DNA of 63,759 nt, counting the filler, from Candidatus Nanoarchaeia archaeon (lineage in GTDB: Archaea; Nanobdellota; Nanobdellia; Woesearchaeales; DATDTY01): NCBI GenBank assembly GCA_035290625.1. It is 5 parts of 5 records of this genome, joined end to end, with 100 filler letters (N's around TTAATTAATTAA, not from the genome) between each part and the next. Parts side by side here need not be neighbours in the genome. Positions count along the whole stretch, not along the records: positions 53,168 to 61,184 come from DATDTY010000059.1; positions 61,285 to 63,759 come from DATDTY010000066.1; 3 more parts are not named here. One strand, given 5' to 3'. The position numbers and the translations under genes are program-made. The number at the start of each line of letters is the position of its first letter. The stretch's first letter is position 1. The notes under the pieces are model-generated. The model was not told the DNA's origin, searched no databases, and saw only the letters and a list, made by a program, of their open reading frames with translations. This document shows positions 58,498-63,759 of the stretch, in pieces.

Positions 58498-60438
58498 TTA
58501 AGAAAACGGAACAGCGATCTTTCTCTCTTCAATGTTCTTTTTTACCTGAGTTAAGAAGTTCTCAACCTTGACCCCAAACTTGACCTTTCCGTTCAGTGTT
58601 CGGACAGCTACTGAGTTTGACTCGACCTCTTTCTCTCCTATAGTGAGCATAAGCGGGATTTTCTGGGCTTGGGCCTCCCTGATTTTATAGCCTACTGACT
58701 CGTCCCTTGAGTCAAGGTCTACCCTGATGTTCTTCTCTTCGCATTTCTTCTTTACCTCTTCCGCAAAGGGAACAACTTTTTCTGTCACGGTAACGATCTT
58801 CACCTGCACTGGAGCAAGCCAGAGCGGGAACTTTCCTGCGAAGTGCTCAATGATGAATGCCATGAAGCGCTCATGGGTTGAGAGCGGAGCCCTGTGGATC
58901 ACATAGACTTCCTTGTTTTCCCTGCCATCCTTATCCATATACCCCAAGCCAAATTTCTCCTTTGCTGCGAAGTCGAGCTGGATTGTAGAGAGGGTTTCCT
59001 CTCTTCCGGTTACTGTCTTGTACTGGATATCCACCTTAGGCCCATAGAATGCCGCCTCATCTGCTGCTTCGGTGAAATTGCAGCTGTTCTTTTTCAGAAC
59101 ATTCCTGAGTATTGACTCTGCCATCTTCCAGTTTTCCTGCCCATCGATATACTTCTCCTTGTTTTCCGGGTTGCCTAACGAGAGCCTGAAATAATAATCT
59201 GTGAGGCCAAAGACTGCGTAATAGGATGTAATCATCCGTATCACATTCTCGAACTCTGCTTCGATCTGCTCCTTTGTGCAGTAGATATGCGCATCATTCA
59301 TGGAGAGCATCCTGACACGGAGCAGTCCTGACAATGTGCCTGAAAGCTCGTTCCTGTAGCAGGTTCCGTATTCTGCAATCCTCAATGGAAGATCCCTATA
59401 GCTCCGTGTCTTGTAGCCGAATACCAGATGGTGATGCGGGCAATTCATGGCTTTCAAAAAATACGTTCCGTCATCCAGCTTCATCTCAGGATACATGTTC
59501 TCCTGAAAATGAGGGATATGGCCTGACTTCAGGTAAAGCTCCTTCTTTGCGAGATGAGGGGTAGCAACACGGAGATAGCCTGCTTTTGATTCAGTCTCGA
59601 TTGCAAAATTCTCAATCTCCCTCTTGATGGTCTCTCCCTTTGGAAGCCAGATTGGCAGGCCTTTTCCAACGAGTTCGAATGTGGTATAGAGCTCAAGCTC
59701 CTTTGCTATCTTCTTATGGTCACGCTGCTTCGCCTCTTCAAGGCTTGAAAGATACTCTTCCATCTGCTTTTTCCTTGGAAAGCTGATTCCATAGATCCTC
59801 TGGAGCTGCTTGTTTTTCTGGTCTCCCTTCCAATAGGCCCCGGCAGTTTTTGTAATCTTAATTGCCTTGACCATGCCTGTTGAAGGAACATGGGGGCCTC
59901 TGCAGAAATCAATGTAATTGCCCTGCTTATAGGCAGACAATCCTTCTTTGTAATGGTCTTCGATAAGCTCAAGCTTATAGGGGTTGTGCCTGAAGAGCTC
60001 CTTTGCCTTTTCCTTTGTAAGCTCAATGCGCTCAACCTTATAATTTGCCTTGATGATCCTCTGCATCTCTGCCTCGATCTTGGGGAGGTCCTCCTGGGAG
60101 AAGGGCTCTGCGTCAAAATCATAATAAAATCCCTCATCGACAACAGGGCCTATTGTTGGAAGGGCGTTGGGGAAGAGCTTTGTGACAGCCTGCGCAAGGA
60201 TATGCGTAGAGGAATGGCGAAAGATCTCCTGGCCTTTCTTGTCTTCCCATGTAAGAATCCTCAGGCTGCAGTCTTCCTGAAGCTCAGAAGGCATATCCAC
60301 AAGAGCCCCATTGACCTCTGCTGCGATCGCTTCCTTTGTCAGGGATGAGCTCAGTGATGCGGCAACCTCTTTGAGCGCGGCGCCTTTTGCAACCTTCCTT
60401 GTGCTGGAGTCAGGCAGGGTTATTGTGATGGTAAGCAT
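58498..60438 (-). CDS. thrS: Threonyl-tRNA synthetase, bacterial type (TGS + editing domain)
   Basis: FRHSSTHILAQA, CRGPHV, KAMNCPHH, YRNELSG.L.GL.RVR, AFYGPK, IHRA. Confidence 0.95.
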   Translation of the reverse strand: MLTITITLPDSSTRKVAKGAALKEVAASLSSSLTKEAIAAEVNGALVDMPSELQEDCSLRILTWEDKKGQEIFRHSSTHILAQAVTKLFPNALPTIGPVVDEGFYYDFDAEPFSQEDLPKIEAEMQRIIKANYKVERIELTKEKAKELFRHNPYKLELIEDHYKEGLSAYKQGNYIDFCRGPHVPSTGMVKAIKITKTAGAYWKGDQKNKQLQRIYGISFPRKKQMEEYLSSLEEAKQRDHKKIAKELELYTTFELVGKGLPIWLPKGETIKREIENFAIETESKAGYLRVATPHLAKKELYLKSGHIPHFQENMYPEMKLDDGTYFLKAMNCPHHHLVFGYKTRSYRDLPLRIAEYGTCYRNELSGTLSGLLRVRMLSMNDAHIYCTKEQIEAEFENVIRMITSYYAVFGLTDYYFRLSLGNPENKEKYIDGQENWKMAESILRNVLKKNSCNFTEAADEAAFYGPKVDIQYKTVTGREETLSTIQLDFAAKEKFGLGYMDKDGRENKEVYVIHRAPLSTHERFMAFIIEHFAGKFPLWLAPVQVKIVTVTEKVVPFAEEVKKKCEEKNIRVDLDSRDESVGYKIREAQAQKIPLMLTIGEKEVESNSVAVRTLNGKVKFGVKVENFLTQVKKNIEERKIAVPFS

Positions 60439-60482
60439 GCATGAAAAAGGGTTACATCAGCTTTAAATAAGTTGTTGTTTAC

Positions 60483-60686
60483 TTAGTGGATTGACTCTTC
60501 AAATTTATTGGAGAAATACTTTCGCACTTCAGTTATTTCCTGAGGGTCGAGCTGGACGTACATCGTGTCAGGAGATGTCTGTTTTTTGAATAGTTCGAGC
60601 TGCTGCTCTGGCATCATGTACATAGCCATCTGCTCAATCCCATAGATGTATTGTGCTGCGCTTAGTGAGACTGCTTCCAGATGCAT
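60483..60686 (-). CDS. Hypothetical protein
   Basis: 67-aa ATG ORF. Confidence 0.35.
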   Translation of the reverse strand: MHLEAVSLSAAQYIYGIEQMAMYMMPEQQLELFKKQTSPDTMYVQLDPQEITEVRKYFSNKFEESIH

Positions 60687-60748
60687 AGCATTTACCTGAG
60701 ATGATGGGCTTATTATACTTTGCGGTGGTGTGAAGTAAAGTTGTTAAC

Positions 60749-60911
60749 GCTTTTTGCGGGGGGAAGGGTGCCGCCTTTTTGTGAGCAAGAGAGCTGAGAG
60801 TTTAGCATCGACATCGAGGGGATGCTCCATCCGGGACGAATGTCGATTTCTGGAAAAAGTTTTCACGTATTGCGAACTCGGCGGCACCCCTGATAAGCCC
60901 ATGCAAAAAGC
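60749..60911 (+). ncRNA. Divergent member F of the structured dual-guide-like family
   Basis: Outer IR GCTTTTTGC/GCAAAAAGC, GGTGCCGCC/GGCGGCACC, GA-GCAA/TTGC-GA, ATCGACAT/ATGTCGAT; no clear TSD. Confidence 0.68.
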
Positions 60912-61284
60912 CCTGAGGTACTTGAAAACTTTACTTAACAGGTGAGCCCCATCGCCTTCTTCAGGCACATTCTTCATACACACGGGGCTTTGGAGCACTC
61001 CCCACTGGACAGCCTGGGAGAGGGTATTTAAAGAGAGAAACGCACAAGAGTCTTATGGATCTGGCGCAGCGGCACAAGCTTTTTGATGGACTTGCCTTCC
61101 TTGAGGAAAGAAACTCTCTAAATCTTAGCCAGGCGGTGGTGGACGAACTCAAAGCTAAACGGAAAGATTTCAGGCTTTTCCTCANNNNNNNNNNNNNNNN
61201 NNNNNNNNNNNNNNNNNNNNNNNNNNNNTTAATTAATTAANNNNNNNNNNNNNNNNNNNNNNNNNNNNNNNNNNNNNNNNNNNN

Positions 61285-61475
61285 ACCAAGCTGCAGATCC
61301 TGCTCTCCTTGCCTGTTCCATGATTAAGGACTACAAAGAATTCTACCTGGTTCTCTGTTTTTTTCAGGTCAAGATCCTTAAAACTGACGATATAATCTAT
61401 TGACTGTGTGAATTTCTTCTTCGGAGATTCCTTATGTACTCTTTCCAGAATGCGTTTTATCTCCTGTTTTTGCAT
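61285..61475 (-). CDS. rpl1: 50S ribosomal protein uL1, N-terminal part (gap-truncated)
   Basis: KKKFTQSIDYIVSFKDLDLKK..V.LNHGTGK. Confidence 0.85.
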
Positions 61476-61530
61476 TGCGCCCTCCTATCAGAGATAGTAT
61501 TACGGGATGTTTTCAGGAACCTTGGCTTAT

Positions 61531-62787
61531 TTATAAATGTTTCTTTATATGCTGCTCTGCTGCCTTAGAAACAAGCCCATCGACAGAATTGTTGCCTTTC
61601 AGCCTGCTGCGGATCTCGGTTGCTGAAATCCTAAGTTCGCGCTTAATCCTTGCCACCTGATACCCTTTTGCCTTGAAGAGCCTGATTGTTCTGGGGTTTC
61701 CGCTGTACACGATGCTGGCCTTCCCGCAGATCTTTTCAACATGGTCCACCCACAAGGCATCATTGTTGATGTCAGGAATGGCAACTATTTGATACCTATC
61801 CAGGATGACCTCATCTTGGAGCGTTTTCTCAATGATATGTTTTCTCTCTTCAAATGAGTAGGGATTTTTTGATGTTCCTTTATGCTGGGAGGATCCGACT
61901 CCTATAATCACTGCATCGCATTCCTCTAATGCCCTCCTCACAACGCCGGCATGGCCTTTATGGAATGGCTGGAACCTTCCGATGAAGATACCTGTTTTCG
62001 CCGATTTTTCCGGCAATTTGCCGCTTGCCATGACTGGAGGAACTCGCCGCTTATGCTGGTTTGCCTGAATGAGGCCCAGGATTCTCCTGAAAAGCCCTGG
62101 GTTAGCTTTAGATGTCTGCATCCTTTTGATGCCGGAAATGCCAGGGTATTCTTTCTCAATTTGCCTGAGGATTTTGTCTATCTCTTCATAGGTTCCGCCA
62201 AGCTCAGACTCATCAGTATGGCCATGAAAGAGCTCTGCGGAGGGAGGCTTGGAAAGTATCGCCTCCGGAAGCTGAAGAAAACGGGCGAGCTTGTACACTT
62301 CTGTTTTATACAGTTCGCCTATAACCTCGATATCAACTGCGCCATCGCCATATTTCGTAAAATAGCCTAAGACGATCTCAGTCTTATTTGAGGTTCCTAT
62401 GACTATTGCATTGTGCGTGTTCGCAAAGTGGTACAGCAGCGCTGCCCTCACCCTGGCTTTTGCGTTCATGCCGGCCAATTTTGATCCTTTCCATGGAAGG
62501 TTTGAATAGGATGCTATATACTCGTTGATTGGGACAATATACCATCGAATTTCCAGCTTTTCTGCCAAACGTATTGCGTCGTCAACATTTGTTTTCAATG
62601 AAAGGCCTTTCTGGGGCATGATAAGGCCAGTAACATTCTGTTTTCCTAATGCCTTGACAGCCAGCATTGCAGAAAGAGAACTGTCAACTCCCCCGCTTAA
62701 TCCAATGACTGCTTTTGATTTCTTATTCTCCTTAAAATATCTTTGTATATTCTTTACAATATTCCTATACACTTTTTCAACATCCAT
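61531..62787 (-). CDS. nadE: NH3-dependent NAD synthetase fused to NMN adenylyltransferase (NadM-like)
   Basis: GLSGGVDSS, GTSNKTE, FTKYGDG, PSAEL; then GRFQPFHKGH, NPYSFEER, ISATEIR. Confidence 0.88.
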   Translation of the reverse strand: MDVEKVYRNIVKNIQRYFKENKKSKAVIGLSGGVDSSLSAMLAVKALGKQNVTGLIMPQKGLSLKTNVDDAIRLAEKLEIRWYIVPINEYIASYSNLPWKGSKLAGMNAKARVRAALLYHFANTHNAIVIGTSNKTEIVLGYFTKYGDGAVDIEVIGELYKTEVYKLARFLQLPEAILSKPPSAELFHGHTDESELGGTYEEIDKILRQIEKEYPGISGIKRMQTSKANPGLFRRILGLIQANQHKRRVPPVMASGKLPEKSAKTGIFIGRFQPFHKGHAGVVRRALEECDAVIIGVGSSQHKGTSKNPYSFEERKHIIEKTLQDEVILDRYQIVAIPDINNDALWVDHVEKICGKASIVYSGNPRTIRLFKAKGYQVARIKRELRISATEIRSRLKGNNSVDGLVSKAAEQHIKKHL

Positions 62788-62859
62788 GCTTTTGGGAACT
62801 TCTCTGTTTTTTTAAACCCTTTCAAAACCTTTATAAATCACTACCTGTTCGTTTTCACC

Positions 62860-63579
62860 ATGAAGGTTGCAGTCCTGTATTCCGGAGGGAAGGATTCCAC
62901 CTATGCAATTCAGTTTTGCAGGGAGAAGGGATGGGACGTTCGGTATTTGCTTAGCGTGAAGCCAACACGCAAGGATTGCTTTTTATTTCATTACGCCACT
63001 GTTGAGCACACAAGGAAAACAGCGGAGATGCTTGGGATTAGGCATCGGCTGATTTCATGTTCTGTTGCTGATCCTGTCCAGGAAGCGTTGCTTATCCAGA
63101 AGGTTGTTGCTATGGAAGAAAAGGTTGATGCAGTTGTTTTAGGAGGGACGGGATTGCAGGAGACGCAGATCAATTCTATCAAGCGGGTCTTGGCTCCTTT
63201 AGGGATTGATGCATTTGCAGCACATGCAGGAAGGGACCATGCTGAGGTGTTTGCTGAGATGCTGGAGCAGGGATATGAGGTTATGATCACCCAGGTTGCT
63301 TCTGATGGGTTGATGCAATGGCTTGGCACGATTATCACCAAGGCAAATTTCCCCCAGCTTTTAGAGGATTCAAAGAGGTATGGCTTTCATTCAGGATTTG
63401 AAGGAGGGTATGCGGACAGCTTTGTGCTTGATTGCCCCTTGTTTTCGAAGAGGGTTGAACTTGCTGGTGTTTCTACAATTATAGATGACGCTTATTGTGG
63501 GCATATCATAGCCACTACTATCAATCTTGTTGATAAGAATACCATCCTAGAGGCTGTTTCTGAAGTGATTATATCATAA
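62860..63579 (+). CDS. Diphthine-ammonia ligase (Dph6)-like PP-loop ATPase
   Basis: LYSGGKDS, FEGGYADSFVLDCPLF. Confidence 0.85.
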   Translation: MKVAVLYSGGKDSTYAIQFCREKGWDVRYLLSVKPTRKDCFLFHYATVEHTRKTAEMLGIRHRLISCSVADPVQEALLIQKVVAMEEKVDAVVLGGTGLQETQINSIKRVLAPLGIDAFAAHAGRDHAEVFAEMLEQGYEVMITQVASDGLMQWLGTIITKANFPQLLEDSKRYGFHSGFEGGYADSFVLDCPLFSKRVELAGVSTIIDDAYCGHIIATTINLVDKNTILEAVSEVIIS

Positions 63580-63618
63580 ATTTGTACTTCTTTCTACCCG
63601 AAAATCCATATATCAACT

Positions 63619-63759
63619 GGCTCTGTCCTGAATCTCTTTTTTAAGATACTTTTAAGTAAAAGGCTGCCCCGTTCAGGTTTTACCCTGATTGGGGCAGGGT
63701 GGAGGACTAGCTCCACCATGGACGAAGAAAACAAACTGGTTAAAAAAGTTAAGCGTCTC
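63619..63759 (+). mobile_element. Left end of a second IS5-family element (ORF from 63718, truncated)
   Basis: GGCTCTGTCCTGAATC, TTTAAG, hairpin, GGTGGAGG, ATG: same layout as the upstream end of the 19040-20006 IS; ORF MDEENKLVKKVKRL. Confidence 0.55.

Noticed and set aside
58498..60438. Bacterial-type ThrRS as a sign of contamination
   Set aside because: Same contig as archaeal rpl10e; bacterial-type ThrRS is known in several archaeal lineages
1..63759. CRISPR array, TIGR tandem array, integron attC array or reverse transcriptase/DGR
   Set aside because: No tandem repeat-spacer array, attC core sites, cas, integrase or RT gene recognised; the structured elements are dispersed singletons

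Overview
Archaeal DNA, most consistent with a DPANN (Woesearchaeota-like) genome bin. Markers are eL43, Rpo12, prefoldin beta, uL16/L10e, AglB, class III signal-peptide pilins and a tRNA with a BHB intron. The window is five contigs joined by N-runs carrying an artificial TTAATTAATTAA linker (28775-28874, 47512-47611, 53068-53167, 61185-61284), so adjacency across those gaps is unreliable. Contents: a ~28 kb surface-glycosylation region (GT-C/YfhO-like proteins, two GT9 heptosyltransferase-like genes, GmhB, RfaE-like, AglB) with an outer-membrane-type beta-barrel-like gene, a large S-layer-like protein cluster, a pilin-like cluster, two AbiE-like HTH/nucleotidyltransferase pairs, housekeeping genes and IS6, IS5, IS200 and IS481 elements. 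The most striking unannotated signal is a dispersed family of ~155-210 bp non-coding elements (6 full copies, 3 fragments). Most have IS5-like terminal inverted repeats and ~9-bp target duplications. Each encloses a covarying RNA fold: a K-turn-like tandem GA motif, two unrelated segments of near-constant ~19-21 nt length, and a conserved G-rich central hairpin. This looks like a mobile dual-guide RNA cassette. All assignments come from reading the sequence by eye; no database searches or folding programs were run.
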